This document shows, piece by piece, positions 8,197-17,915 of a stretch of 64,000 nucleotides of DNA. The notes beneath the pieces are model-generated. The model was not told the origin of the DNA and searched no databases. It saw only the letters and a program-made list of their open reading frames with translations. The DNA comes from a bacterium. Lineage in GTDB: Bacteria > JAMCPX01. The DNA lies in NCBI GenBank assembly GCA_037439545.1, contig JBBIVV010000005.1, positions 1 through 64,000 on the forward strand, read 5' to 3'. How positions within the stretch are numbered: the first letter of the stretch is position 1; each line of letters opens with the position of its first letter. Both the position numbers and the translations under genes were made by a program.

Positions 8197-9651
8197 TTAT
8201 CTGATTGTCCGGGTAAATTTTTTGGTAGCTTGATCGTATTTCAGTACGACGGTTTTTTTCTCGCCCGATGAAACCTTAATCTTTACCACCTTCGTTCCGT
8301 ATATCCTGTTTTTAAAAACAAGTGCATGGCTGCCGGCTGAGAGCTTCAGGAACTTTACCGGTGTTGTGCCTGCAAACCGTTCGGTGGTTTTATTCACTAT
8401 ATAAACATCCGCCCATGGTATCGCGTTGATGACGAGGACTGCATTTGCATGGGGAACAGACTGCTTCTGTTCAGGGACTCGCCGTTCCCTTGGAACGGGC
8501 ATTGCAGATATCGTGTGAGGTATACCAGCCGGAATGCTCATGCCTGAATCTGTTGCGGCTGGTGATAAAGCCGGTATTTTCTTCTCCGTTTTTTTATAGT
8601 GAACGGATGCTGTTATGCTTATCATGAAAATTACCATGCACACAATCCCTGCCGTATACGCCGGCGTAGTGATCTTCTTTTTGTCATGATTGTTATCCGC
8701 GATACTATGTATGCCGCTTCTGTCTTCCTGCATTTGATCCTTGAGCAATCTCTTCAGATATTCCGAAAGTAAGCTTTTTGCCGATGCACCGTTCTGCACG
8801 TATTGCCCGAGTGCTTTTTTTAAAGCGTCTGGCTCGTAAAATCTGCCGTCAGGTTCAGAGGATAATGCTTTCATCACAACGGCATCAAGTCCATAAGGGA
8901 TCGCGGGATTGAGCTGTAAGGGGGTATATTCTATGCTTGAGGATTGAACCTGTTTCAAAAGCATCATGTCGGTGCCACCCTGGTATGCCTGTTTGTGCGT
9001 AATCAGTTCATACAGGACCAGGGCTATTGAATAGAGATCGCTCCGGTGGTCAACCTCCTCGCCCCTTGCCTGTTCCGGAGACATGTATCTGATTTTGCCT
9101 TTTAATGTCCCGGCAGTCGTCGTTGCTATTGAACCTCTTACCTTTGCAATGCCGAAGTCCGTGAGTTTGACGTCTCCGTCGTATGACAGCAGTATGTTTT
9201 GGGGCGTGATGTCCCTGTGTACGATGCAGAATGGTTCTCCGTGCGTATCCTTCAGACTGCAGGTATATTCAAGGGCATTTAATATTTCCATAATGATATG
9301 GACGGACAGCTCTAACTGAGGATGGATGTTATTGTTCATCATCAGTTTGATAAACCGGGAAAGGTCGACGCCGTCGACATATTCCATTGCTATGTACAGT
9401 CTTTTATCTATTTCGCCGAAGTCCGTTATCTGAACGATATTCGGATGCACGAGCCGTGCACTGATCCGCGCCTCATCCGTAAACATCGTTACAAAAGCCG
9501 GATCACAGGTCAATTGTTCATGGATCATTTTCAGTGCGACGAGCTTTTCAAAATTATGCGGGCCTGTCATGATTGCCCTGTAAATATCGGCCATGCCTCC
9601 GCTCGCTATGTGCCTGACGAGCCTGTACCTGCCGATGCTGTTCTTATCCAT
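8197..9651 (-). CDS. Hanks-type Ser/Thr protein kinase with TM helix and C-terminal PEGA-like domain
   Basis: GGMADIY, VALK, HRDITPQN, DFG and YMSPEQ motifs, then a TM segment and a NAIPWADV...GTTP PEGA-like C-terminus. Start ATG 9651 overlaps the upstream stop. Confidence 0.92.
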   Translation of the reverse strand: MDKNSIGRYRLVRHIASGGMADIYRAIMTGPHNFEKLVALKMIHEQLTCDPAFVTMFTDEARISARLVHPNIVQITDFGEIDKRLYIAMEYVDGVDLSRFIKLMMNNNIHPQLELSVHIIMEILNALEYTCSLKDTHGEPFCIVHRDITPQNILLSYDGDVKLTDFGIAKVRGSIATTTAGTLKGKIRYMSPEQARGEEVDHRSDLYSIALVLYELITHKQAYQGGTDMMLLKQVQSSSIEYTPLQLNPAIPYGLDAVVMKALSSEPDGRFYEPDALKKALGQYVQNGASAKSLLSEYLKRLLKDQMQEDRSGIHSIADNNHDKKKITTPAYTAGIVCMVIFMISITASVHYKKTEKKIPALSPAATDSGMSIPAGIPHTISAMPVPRERRVPEQKQSVPHANAVLVINAIPWADVYIVNKTTERFAGTTPVKFLKLSAGSHALVFKNRIYGTKVVKIKVSSGEKKTVVLKYDQATKKFTRTIR

Positions 9652-10018
9652 CGATGATAAACCTGTCTCCCGCAAGGATGTTGTAGTGCGCAGACAGACC
9701 GGCGTTCATTTCAAGGACACACTGTGCCTTTTTTACGGGCATGGACAGGTGAAAGGGATTCAGGTGCTTTATGGCGACGACTTCCATTTCTTTATTCAGA
9801 AATACCGCATCGATGCTGAAAAGCATGAACATGCTGTGTATCCAATTACACGGTGCTATAAGGCATGCGCAATCAGGAGGCATACTGCGTCTGAACATCA
9901 GTCCCCTGAACCTCGCAAAAGCCGAATGTGCCGTCATAAGCCTGAGACTAAAGTCACTGCTCGCAGGCTGTGCTCTGCTTTTTAATCTTTTTATATACAT
10001 CCGCATCCTTTCGGGCAA
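9644..10018 (-). CDS. DUF192 family protein
   Basis: R.RGLM, IHSMFMLFSIDAVFL and VLEMNAG motifs. Confidence 0.85.
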   Translation of the reverse strand: MPERMRMYIKRLKSRAQPASSDFSLRLMTAHSAFARFRGLMFRRSMPPDCACLIAPCNWIHSMFMLFSIDAVFLNKEMEVVAIKHLNPFHLSMPVKKAQCVLEMNAGLSAHYNILAGDRFIIDG

Positions 10019-11210
10019 TCATGCCCGCTTCCTTATACAGTCTGCACGCCTCTGATTTATTCGCCGAAGAAAGTGTATAAGCCTTTTTGTAAAGTTTGAC
10101 CGCCTGATCATTCAGAGTAGAAAAACCTCTGAGGGCCTCTTGATTTTCAGGATCATAATCGAGTGATTTCTCGAAGTATTGTCGTGCATATTTGTATGCA
10201 TGTCCTGACAATGCCCGGGTACCGAGCATGCCGTAGGATAGTCCGAGATAGACATGAATCTTATGCTCCATTGCAGGATCACTGACCCCGCTATTTTTGA
10301 GCAGGGCAGCGAATCCTTCGGCTTTTCCCAGCAATGATGCAGCAGAAGCATAATCCCGTTTATCACAAGCCTTTGTACCAAGATTAAGGTATTTATTAAT
10401 AGTGCCTGCAAGAACGATCTTTCTCTGGTTTTCCGTTGTGTGACTTTCAGACCATAACTTCATCGCTGAATTTAATTGTCCTTTTTTATACGCTTCGTCT
10501 CCTGTCAACCGCGTCTGTATTTTCGTACGGGTATGTTTCGGAGCAGGGTTTGCTGCCTCGTCAGTCCTGAGCATTTTTAGTATGTTGAGAGCGTTTTTAT
10601 TTCCCGGGTCTGTTGCAAGAACATAGTTCAAAAGCTGCTCTGCCTGCTTTTTATTGCCGCTCGTATACATGGTCGTCGCGGTCTGGATAATGCCTTTTGC
10701 CCGCTGCTCTTCTATTTGTCCGATCATTACAACAGCCCTGTCATGGTATGAGGTGTTTAACGTAAACGGCTGAACGGCATTGTATGCCTGTGTCAGCATA
10801 CCGAGATTGTACATCTGTTGTGTTTTGTCCCATAAATCTTTAAGCCTGTCTTGCCTCGAAAGCTGCGTGCTGAAAGCTGCGATATCTTCAGAGGTATACC
10901 GGTGCTGTTCCATGATTTTCAATATCCTGTGGGCTTGCTCTGTCCTGTTGTTTTGCAGGGCTGATTGTAACTCCGCGGTAAGCGTCTTCTGTTCCTTGTA
11001 TGTATATAAAAGATACAGAACCGTGCCTGAACTTATCAGCAGTAAAAGTACTAAAAGCAGCCGCAGCTTCCTGACGGGTTTAACCTTATCATCACTATTG
11101 ACGCTTTTCTGCCCGCTGCGCATCCGGCCTGCACGCACGGGTTCGCTCTTGTCGTCATGATCCGGGGAAGGCAAAAGAATCGTTTTTTCATTCTGTAGTT
11201 TTTCTTCCAT
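9954..11210 (-). CDS. Membrane-anchored TPR-repeat protein
   Basis: N-terminal TM segment (LLLVLLLLISSGTVLYLLY) and helical repeats ending in DPGN/DPEN. Confidence 0.7.
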   Translation of the reverse strand: MEEKLQNEKTILLPSPDHDDKSEPVRAGRMRSGQKSVNSDDKVKPVRKLRLLLVLLLLISSGTVLYLLYTYKEQKTLTAELQSALQNNRTEQAHRILKIMEQHRYTSEDIAAFSTQLSRQDRLKDLWDKTQQMYNLGMLTQAYNAVQPFTLNTSYHDRAVVMIGQIEEQRAKGIIQTATTMYTSGNKKQAEQLLNYVLATDPGNKNALNILKMLRTDEAANPAPKHTRTKIQTRLTGDEAYKKGQLNSAMKLWSESHTTENQRKIVLAGTINKYLNLGTKACDKRDYASAASLLGKAEGFAALLKNSGVSDPAMEHKIHVYLGLSYGMLGTRALSGHAYKYARQYFEKSLDYDPENQEALRGFSTLNDQAVKLYKKAYTLSSANKSEACRLYKEAGMIARKDADVYKKIKKQSTACEQ

Positions 11211-11214
11211 ACTA

Positions 11215-12405
11215 TCACCATCTTACCGCTATACTCCCTGTGGTTGAAGATGATTTACGATCTTCGGCAAGGCCGGCGAAAACAAGACCTCCGGCAATAA
11301 GTGCCGCACCTGCTGTCCAGAGCCATTTATTTTCATACCATGAGGAGTTTTTTTGCTGTGTGTGCTCTTTATCCGCATCCGTAAATAGAGGGAGCGTTTT
11401 GTATGAGGCATGTGCGCCTGCGGCAGGTTGTATAAACCTCATAATTTCACCGACAGCTTGTTTTTCCCCGGTATAGATAAAAGAGGCCGATGATGGTGTA
11501 AGCGTACGCGCAGTTACGGTCGATACCGTTATCCGGTGTGCCTGTGTGGTGTCATCGCTCGATACCATCACGATCCGATCCGCCTTATATGCGTTGAGCA
11601 TACCGATCATCTGTTCTTTTTGAAAAATCATGTCCTCTGCTGCAACCGGATCGGGAAGGAGATCGAAATTAATTGCCGTGGTGTCATTGCTTACCTTGAA
11701 TACTGCCTTCTTTGTTCTATATGCCTGTCTGCTGATTCTTATAAAGTGCGCACCTGCGTACTCCTGAACACTTACGGGCGAGTTGCCTGCCCTGTCCCCG
11801 TCTATGAACACCGCAGCGCCGGAGGGCGTGGTCGTCACGGTTATGGTCGATATATTTATGGCATTTTTTATTTTTTGCCTGTCGACTAAACTCACGAGGT
11901 TCGGGGGATATAGTACGGGATCTGGGCTCGATTGTCCTGCGACACACAGATACTCGTCTATGGCTTGCGCCGCATCCGTCTCTTTGTCAAGTGCAAGATA
12001 ATCCATTGCAAGATACAGATAAGCTTCCCTTAAAACATCCATGACGTTATCCGAATCGGCATTGTTTTTTAATTCCGCGACAATTTTATTCAGATAACCT
12101 ATAGATTCATCGAACCTCAAGAATTCGTAAGCCTCCCGGGCATGAGAAAGTCCGGCTTCAGTGCGGGTCATATCATAATCCCTGAATTGCTTTTCCTGCG
12201 TATACAGGATTATTGTCGTATCTGTCAGTGCCAGAGCCAAACCATCTTTGAGCTGAAGCAGCCTGCGGTCGGAGCCGGGATCGAGAATAAGCAAAAGGTG
12301 CTCTTTGTCCTCTGCATGGGCACAGACGCTCAGCAGCATGAAACAAAAAAATATCTTTAAACTATTCATATCCATGAGATATATAGATATGAATAGTATT
12401 GTCAA
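11215..12405 (-). CDS. PEGA-domain protein with signal peptide and C-terminal hydrophobic segment
   Basis: TTPSGAAVFIDG...GNSP...GAHFIRI PEGA motif, a TPR-like helical N-terminal region and a WY..KWLW-TM tail. The true start may be 12369. Confidence 0.75.
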   Translation of the reverse strand: MTILFISIYLMDMNSLKIFFCFMLLSVCAHAEDKEHLLLILDPGSDRRLLQLKDGLALALTDTTIILYTQEKQFRDYDMTRTEAGLSHAREAYEFLRFDESIGYLNKIVAELKNNADSDNVMDVLREAYLYLAMDYLALDKETDAAQAIDEYLCVAGQSSPDPVLYPPNLVSLVDRQKIKNAINISTITVTTTPSGAAVFIDGDRAGNSPVSVQEYAGAHFIRISRQAYRTKKAVFKVSNDTTAINFDLLPDPVAAEDMIFQKEQMIGMLNAYKADRIVMVSSDDTTQAHRITVSTVTARTLTPSSASFIYTGEKQAVGEIMRFIQPAAGAHASYKTLPLFTDADKEHTQQKNSSWYENKWLWTAGAALIAGGLVFAGLAEDRKSSSTTGSIAVRW

Positions 12406-12433
12406 TATAATATACGAATATGGTTTTTCGGGG

Positions 12434-13096
12434 TCAGGCTGTTTTGAACAGCTGTTGGATTTTATCTATGTGTTCTTTCTTGACGATTGCAATTACCTCG
12501 TCATCCTGCTTGAAGATTGTTTCGCCTTTCGGAATAATTGTTTCCTCTCCCCTATAAATTGAAACGATGATGACGCCCTCCGGCAATGCGAGATCTTTTA
12601 TCTTCTTATTAATGACGCTGGAGCCTTTCTGGACATCCACCTGTACGAGCTCTACATTACCGCCTTTAAGCGGGAACAGCGGAACGACGACATCGCCTGC
12701 CTGCACCTGCTCTTCGATAAGGTAGTTGAGTATTCTCGTGGAGTTGATCGTTGCGTCCACGCCGATGCTCTGAAAGAGCGTTTCGTTGGCAGGGTCCGAC
12801 ACCCTCGAGATGGTCCTCGGTGTCATAAACATCAGCTTTGTAAGCTGACACACGACAAGGTTTGTCGCATCGTCCCCAGTGACGGCGACTATCACATCGG
12901 CCCTGTTTGCGCCTGCTGCCTTGAGGACGGATGCATTCGCACCGTTGCCGAGCATTACTGCATCACCGAATGCTTCTGCAAGTGCGGTGACCTTTGACTT
13001 GTCCTGATCTATCAGGGTTACCTCATGATTCGCAGAGAGCAGCGTCTTGGCAAGATTTATACCTGCTTTGCTGGCTCCGACTATTATAATATACAT
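12434..13096 (-). CDS. trkA: TrkA/KtrA-family RCK regulatory subunit (RCK_N + RCK_C)
   Basis: N-terminal Rossmann fold (IIVGASKAG), VTGDDATN and C-terminal IPKGET..DEV. Confidence 0.88.
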   Translation of the reverse strand: MYIIIVGASKAGINLAKTLLSANHEVTLIDQDKSKVTALAEAFGDAVMLGNGANASVLKAAGANRADVIVAVTGDDATNLVVCQLTKLMFMTPRTISRVSDPANETLFQSIGVDATINSTRILNYLIEEQVQAGDVVVPLFPLKGGNVELVQVDVQKGSSVINKKIKDLALPEGVIIVSIYRGEETIIPKGETIFKQDDEVIAIVKKEHIDKIQQLFKTA

Positions 13097-13104
13097 CTTT
13101 CCTC

Positions 13105-13506
13105 CTATGCAATACCCGGCATTTTAAGAAGTGCATCGATGGTAAGGCTTGTCGGACATAATATTTCGATGCCGAACTCGGTATAAACTGCCGCAAGGTT
13201 TATATCGAATAAACGCGGAATGACCCTTATGGTCCTGTCTATAAGCTTTATCTTCTGTGCGATCGTTATGTTCGTGTAGTCATTACCGGTAACGACAAGC
13301 ACGATGTCCGCAGGTTTCTTTAAAATCTGCCTTATGACATCCTCGTCTATGCTGTTTCCTACGAGGAATTCGACGCCCTTTTTATTATCTATGTACATAA
13401 ACTTACTTTCGTTCTCATCCACTACCAGCACACTGTCTTCCCTTTTGACAAATACGCTTACCAGTTTTGAGCCAAGCCTGCCTGAACCTATGATAACTAT
13501 TCTCAT
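13105..13506 (-). CDS. Stand-alone TrkA-N (RCK_N) domain protein
   Basis: IIGSGRLG nucleotide-binding motif, VTGNDYTN and ILCPT. At 133 aa it has no RCK_C domain. Confidence 0.82.
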   Translation of the reverse strand: MRIVIIGSGRLGSKLVSVFVKREDSVLVVDENESKFMYIDNKKGVEFLVGNSIDEDVIRQILKKPADIVLVVTGNDYTNITIAQKIKLIDRTIRVIPRLFDINLAAVYTEFGIEILCPTSLTIDALLKMPGIA

Positions 13507-14067
13507 TTACGTTTCCTCCACGGGTAATTTTTCTATAATCACCTCACAGGGTGCTTTCCGCAGTACGGTGTCCGATGTCCTGCCCAGAATATCTTCTTTC
13601 AGTCCTATATGCTGCCGTATCCCCATGACGATGACATCCGCATCCTGTTCCTTTGCGGTCTTTACGATCTCCTCTCCCGCTGATCGCGCTCGCACGACAA
13701 GGGAGATGCTCTTCATCTTGTGCAAGGATGCGAGTTCTTCTGCGTGCTGAATTGCATCTTTCGCCTTTTTGTCTTCTTCTTCCATGACCGCATTCAAGGG
13801 CAGGGTCCTCGGCACTTCGATGACATAAGCAAATATGAGCGTGGCATTCTGCTCGGTCCCGAGCCTGCATGCGAGCTCGACCCCTCTCTCGGAGTAAGAC
13901 ATACCCTGCGTCGGCACCAGTATGTTTTTCAATGCCTCTACCTCCCTGTGTGCCCGTGCAACTACCTGGGTAATCATAGGGGGGACATGGAGCATCCACC
14001 AGAGAAGGGATACAATGGATGTGAGGAACAGCACTGAAATGATGACGCCAAGTGTCGACTGAATCAT
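13507..14067 (-). CDS. Universal stress protein (USP) with N-terminal TM helix
   Basis: ILVPT, ADVIVMG and LGRTSDTVLRKAPCEV motifs. ATG 14067 overlaps the upstream stop (ATGA). Confidence 0.88.
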   Translation of the reverse strand: MIQSTLGVIISVLFLTSIVSLLWWMLHVPPMITQVVARAHREVEALKNILVPTQGMSYSERGVELACRLGTEQNATLIFAYVIEVPRTLPLNAVMEEEDKKAKDAIQHAEELASLHKMKSISLVVRARSAGEEIVKTAKEQDADVIVMGIRQHIGLKEDILGRTSDTVLRKAPCEVIIEKLPVEET

Positions 14068-14267
14068 TGTCCGCCTCTTAAATATTTTAAGATAAACCTG
14101 ATCCTGTATATGCCGAAACCTATAAAGCTCATGCCGATAAGGAACGGGAACCACAGACGAATTCCTCCCGTCAGACCGGCCGACCGTATTATGATGAGTA
14201 TACCGAACAAGATAAACAGTCCGCTGTTTATGGTTTTAATCTTATCCGTTAGTTTTAATTTGTGCAT
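14064..14267 (-). CDS. Small two-TM membrane protein
   Basis: 67 aa with two hydrophobic helices. It fills the gap in the operon and overlaps both neighbours. Confidence 0.65.
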   Translation of the reverse strand: MHKLKLTDKIKTINSGLFILFGILIIIRSAGLTGGIRLWFPFLIGMSFIGFGIYRIRFILKYLRGGQ

Positions 14268-15834
14268 TTTTTTTCAGCTTTTCATCCCGTTCTTTGAGTG
14301 CAATCCTGTACTCCTCTGCGAGATCGAACTCCTCTGCGGATATGAGGACATCCATCTGGTGTGCCTCCCAGTTCCGTTCGAGGCTTTTTGTCAGGGGCAT
14401 TTTGTTCTTTTTCCTGAAATAAAGGTAATAAAGAATGCCGAGCAATACCCATGCAGGACCGGCTATCCTTCCAATCTTATGCGTGAGTATGACCTCGAAC
14501 AGCACCATACCGACACCAAGGAATCCCAGAATGCCAAGTACGGGAAAATCGACGATTCTGTCTTTGTAATGAATTTTTACGTTTAACGGCATTTTATAAG
14601 GCCTCGGCGTATAAGGGTCGGAAAAACGGAGTCTGATCAAAGCGACAAAAACAATAAGATATCCCAGTGTTGCTCCGAATGCATACATATTGCCGAGCGT
14701 GTCCATAGCCTGCGGTGTTAAGAATGACAGCAGCATTTCAAGAATACCTATGCCTGAAAAAACCACGATTGTCCTCACCGGTGTTCTGTATTTATGATTC
14801 ACCTTGTCGAACCACTTCGTAATAAGACCGAATTCACTCATTGAATAGGTGAGCCGTGATGCGCTCATAACGCCTGAGTTTGCCGAAATCAGAAGGATTG
14901 TGGCACCAAGCAGCGCTGTGACAGGGCCTGCAAGTAATCCTATATAAGGTATTGCATGCGCAAGCGTTGCTATGGGATCGCCTATATGCTGTGCAAAGGT
15001 CTGCCACGGCAGCACCCCGAGGCTTAACGTGGAGAATGCAGTTGCAAAGATAAACACGGTAAAGATCAGGGTTACGGATGTGCGGGGTATAATCGTTGCA
15101 GGTCTTTTCGTTTCCTGCGCTGCCTGCGAAATGGATTCCAATCCTACGAATGAGATGATCCCGAGCGATGAGCCATACATAAAATTATGTAACGTGGGAA
15201 ACGATGTTTGCCACTGTTGAATGAGGAATTCTGGTTTCCATGCGAATAAAAATCCAAAGACTATGACAGAAGACTCTAAGGTAATATCAAAAGCTCCGAT
15301 CAGTTCGTTAAAGAGCGACGATTCTTTTATGCCGAGGATGTTCAGCCATATCAGAAAAAGTATGAAAAAGAAAGATTCGGTAAGCCACAGATAATTTATT
15401 TGAAGCGTTCGCAGGGTAAAGATAAAATGCGCCGGTTCTATGCCGAAATAAGGTAAAAAGAAATTTACATAACCCGCTGATGCTACGGAAAACAGGGCAA
15501 TATCGATAGTGTAATCGAGCAGGAGTGCTGTCCCTGTCACAAAACCCCAGAAATCTCCGAGCCCGCGCAGAGCAAAGTAATGTCCTCCTCCGGCAACAGG
15601 ATAGGTTGCCGCAAGCTCTGTGTAGGCAAAACCTATCATGATATAAACGATGCCTGCTGCTGCGAATGCAAGACTCGCTGCCCCCTGGGCCGCAGCTATG
15701 ACAAGTCCGAGTGCGGCATAGATATCGGCACCGACATCTGCATACCCCCACATGTACGAGCCCCATACGGTAATGTCCCTTCTCAATTCATGGGGAAGTT
15801 GTGAGGATGTAGCTGTATCGGTATTGTTACTCAT
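14242..15834 (-). CDS. APC-superfamily permease (possible KimA/KUP-like cation transporter)
   Basis: About 12 TM helices with YTELAATYPVAGG, SFVGLESI and SASRLTYSM motifs. Confidence 0.85.
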   Translation of the reverse strand: MSNNTDTATSSQLPHELRRDITVWGSYMWGYADVGADIYAALGLVIAAAQGAASLAFAAAGIVYIMIGFAYTELAATYPVAGGGHYFALRGLGDFWGFVTGTALLLDYTIDIALFSVASAGYVNFFLPYFGIEPAHFIFTLRTLQINYLWLTESFFFILFLIWLNILGIKESSLFNELIGAFDITLESSVIVFGFLFAWKPEFLIQQWQTSFPTLHNFMYGSSLGIISFVGLESISQAAQETKRPATIIPRTSVTLIFTVFIFATAFSTLSLGVLPWQTFAQHIGDPIATLAHAIPYIGLLAGPVTALLGATILLISANSGVMSASRLTYSMSEFGLITKWFDKVNHKYRTPVRTIVVFSGIGILEMLLSFLTPQAMDTLGNMYAFGATLGYLIVFVALIRLRFSDPYTPRPYKMPLNVKIHYKDRIVDFPVLGILGFLGVGMVLFEVILTHKIGRIAGPAWVLLGILYYLYFRKKNKMPLTKSLERNWEAHQMDVLISAEEFDLAEEYRIALKERDEKLKKNAQIKTNG

Positions 15835-15862
15835 GATAGTTTCTTATTCAAAACAGACGGAC

Positions 15863-16618
15863 TTACTCGGAAACCTGTGTGAATTTTGCGAGCAGAGTTT
15901 TATTTATTTCTATCCTTCCGTTTGTCCTTGCATCATCGACAAGCCCCTGTATCCACGAGCTGTATGCGGATTGAGCCACATCGTACTTCAACTGCATGCC
16001 TGTGTGCGCGGCATTCCCGGGCATCCCTGCAGATTTCGACGGATTCTCGATTGTGTCCAGCATTTTTACTTCATTGTCGCTGAGAAAAATACCATCGAAG
16101 AAAAGTTTTTTTAATTTTAATGTCAGTATGCTCTGTTTGACATTCTGCTGAAAATTATCGGGGGTTATATTATTGTCCCTCAGCACTGTGTAGTATATTC
16201 TCGGATCAAACTGGTGTTCTTTGTTGAGAAAAGAGGAAAGATGGGATATCTGGTCCCTTAATTCATCGCTTGTTACCATAAACCCTATGTCATGCGCCTG
16301 CTGTACCGCAACCTCGTCCGATATAAGGTTGTTTAATACCAGAGCGGGAATATTCATGGATGCAATGAGTTCAGGCGTTAACCCGCCTTTAAACTCCTTG
16401 CTATAGTTATTCAGTGCAATCTTGTACGTGCTGTTAAAACTATCGGTTGATATGGCTTTGCGGTTTACTATGGCTACCGTGCCTTCCGATATGCCCGTGC
16501 CGCAGCTCCTTGCAATACCGAATATGCCTCCAAACCCTCCGAGAAAGGTTATGGCTACTACGAAATAGATCACCTTCAAGCCCCAATTACCCGTGTATTT
16601 TCTTATATAATTTAACAT
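15863..16618 (-). CDS. SurA_N-domain periplasmic chaperone (PpiD-like, no recognisable PPIase domain)
   Basis: ML..IRK followed by a TM helix, VAIVN...IS and FDPRIY..VL motifs. Start moved to ATG 16618. Confidence 0.75.
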   Translation of the reverse strand: MLNYIRKYTGNWGLKVIYFVVAITFLGGFGGIFGIARSCGTGISEGTVAIVNRKAISTDSFNSTYKIALNNYSKEFKGGLTPELIASMNIPALVLNNLISDEVAVQQAHDIGFMVTSDELRDQISHLSSFLNKEHQFDPRIYYTVLRDNNITPDNFQQNVKQSILTLKLKKLFFDGIFLSDNEVKMLDTIENPSKSAGMPGNAAHTGMQLKYDVAQSAYSSWIQGLVDDARTNGRIEINKTLLAKFTQVSE

Positions 16619-16909
16619 AACAAGTGAGTATATTAAGCGATAATAAAAAATCAAGTGTTTTACTATCTGCGGTTTTCTCTGTTTCCTCCTTATTTTTGAG
16701 GTTTATAAAAAGCACGAATCATACCATAATCCTCCTTAGACGAAACCGCCTCTTTTATGCCTGACAAATATAAACATTTTTGCACATACGCTTCAATTAT
16801 GTTTTTCATTCACTTTATTGTAGTTCCAGGATTACGGTAATTATGTTATTGAAGGGCAGAAACAAATTTATTATACTACCGCGGTATAAATCATTATAGG
16901 AGGCGCATT

Positions 16910-17899
16910 ATGCCGGAGAACACATGGGCAATAGGTATCGATTTCGGCGCCACAAAGATCGAGGTGGCAGGAGTTGACGGACAAGGAAGGCTCATGAACC
17001 GCCTCATGTTCACTATGAACGCTACAGGCGGTTATGACAAGGTCGGGCCGGAAATCATACAGGTTGTCAGGAAGCTCATTAAAACTGCAGACCGCAAACC
17101 CGCAGGCGTGGGCGTGGGCATGGCTGGGCAGATAGACCCGTCAAACGGTATGGTTATTTTCTCGCCGAATTTAGACTGGCATAATGTGCCGCTTCAGGAT
17201 GATCTTGCGCAGGAGCTCGGGCTGCCCGTTGCGGTTACCAATGATGTCCGTGCTGCTGCATGGGGTGAGTGGCTCTATGGCGCAGGCAGGGGATACCATG
17301 ACCTTGTGTGCGTTTTTGTAGGTACCGGCGTGGGCGGAGGTATTGTATGCAACGGAAGAATGCTTGAAGGATGCAGCAACACGGCAGGCGAGATAGGTCA
17401 CATAACCATCGATCTGAACGGTCCTCCCTGCCACTGTTCGAATCACGGATGCCTCGAGTCTCTCGCAGGAGGGTGGGCCATAGCAAGGGATGCACAGGAA
17501 GCGGTTGCACGCGACCGGACGGCAGGGGCGGTCATGTTAAGACTTGCACACGGGGACAAAAAAGCGATATCAGCTAAAATTGTTTCTATGGCCGCGCATC
17601 AAAACGATGCACTTGCCTCGGAGATCGTTAAAAATGTATCAAACGCACTCGTTGCAGGAATGACAGGACTGGTCAATGCATTCAATCCCTGCGTATTGAT
17701 CCTCGGGGGCGGCGTCATAGAAGGACTTCCCGAGCTCGTAAGCATCATAGACCGCGGCGTACGCAGCCGCGCCCTCGGTACTGCAAGCAAAAAACTGAAG
17801 GTCGTCCATGCGGAACTGCAAAGGGATGCCGGGGTAGTGGGGGCCGCGGCCTTTGCAATCCATACATTTCCGGGCAAAAGTTTCCAAAGAAACGGATAA
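16910..17899 (+). CDS. ROK-family sugar kinase (glucokinase-like)
   Basis: GIDFGATK, NDVRAAA.GE, GTGVGGG and AGEIGH...CHC...GCLE Zn motif. AGGAGG RBS. Confidence 0.9.
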   Translation: MPENTWAIGIDFGATKIEVAGVDGQGRLMNRLMFTMNATGGYDKVGPEIIQVVRKLIKTADRKPAGVGVGMAGQIDPSNGMVIFSPNLDWHNVPLQDDLAQELGLPVAVTNDVRAAAWGEWLYGAGRGYHDLVCVFVGTGVGGGIVCNGRMLEGCSNTAGEIGHITIDLNGPPCHCSNHGCLESLAGGWAIARDAQEAVARDRTAGAVMLRLAHGDKKAISAKIVSMAAHQNDALASEIVKNVSNALVAGMTGLVNAFNPCVLILGGGVIEGLPELVSIIDRGVRSRALGTASKKLKVVHAELQRDAGVVGAAAFAIHTFPGKSFQRNG

Positions 17900-17915
17900 A
17901 GCAAACTACGCGGGA

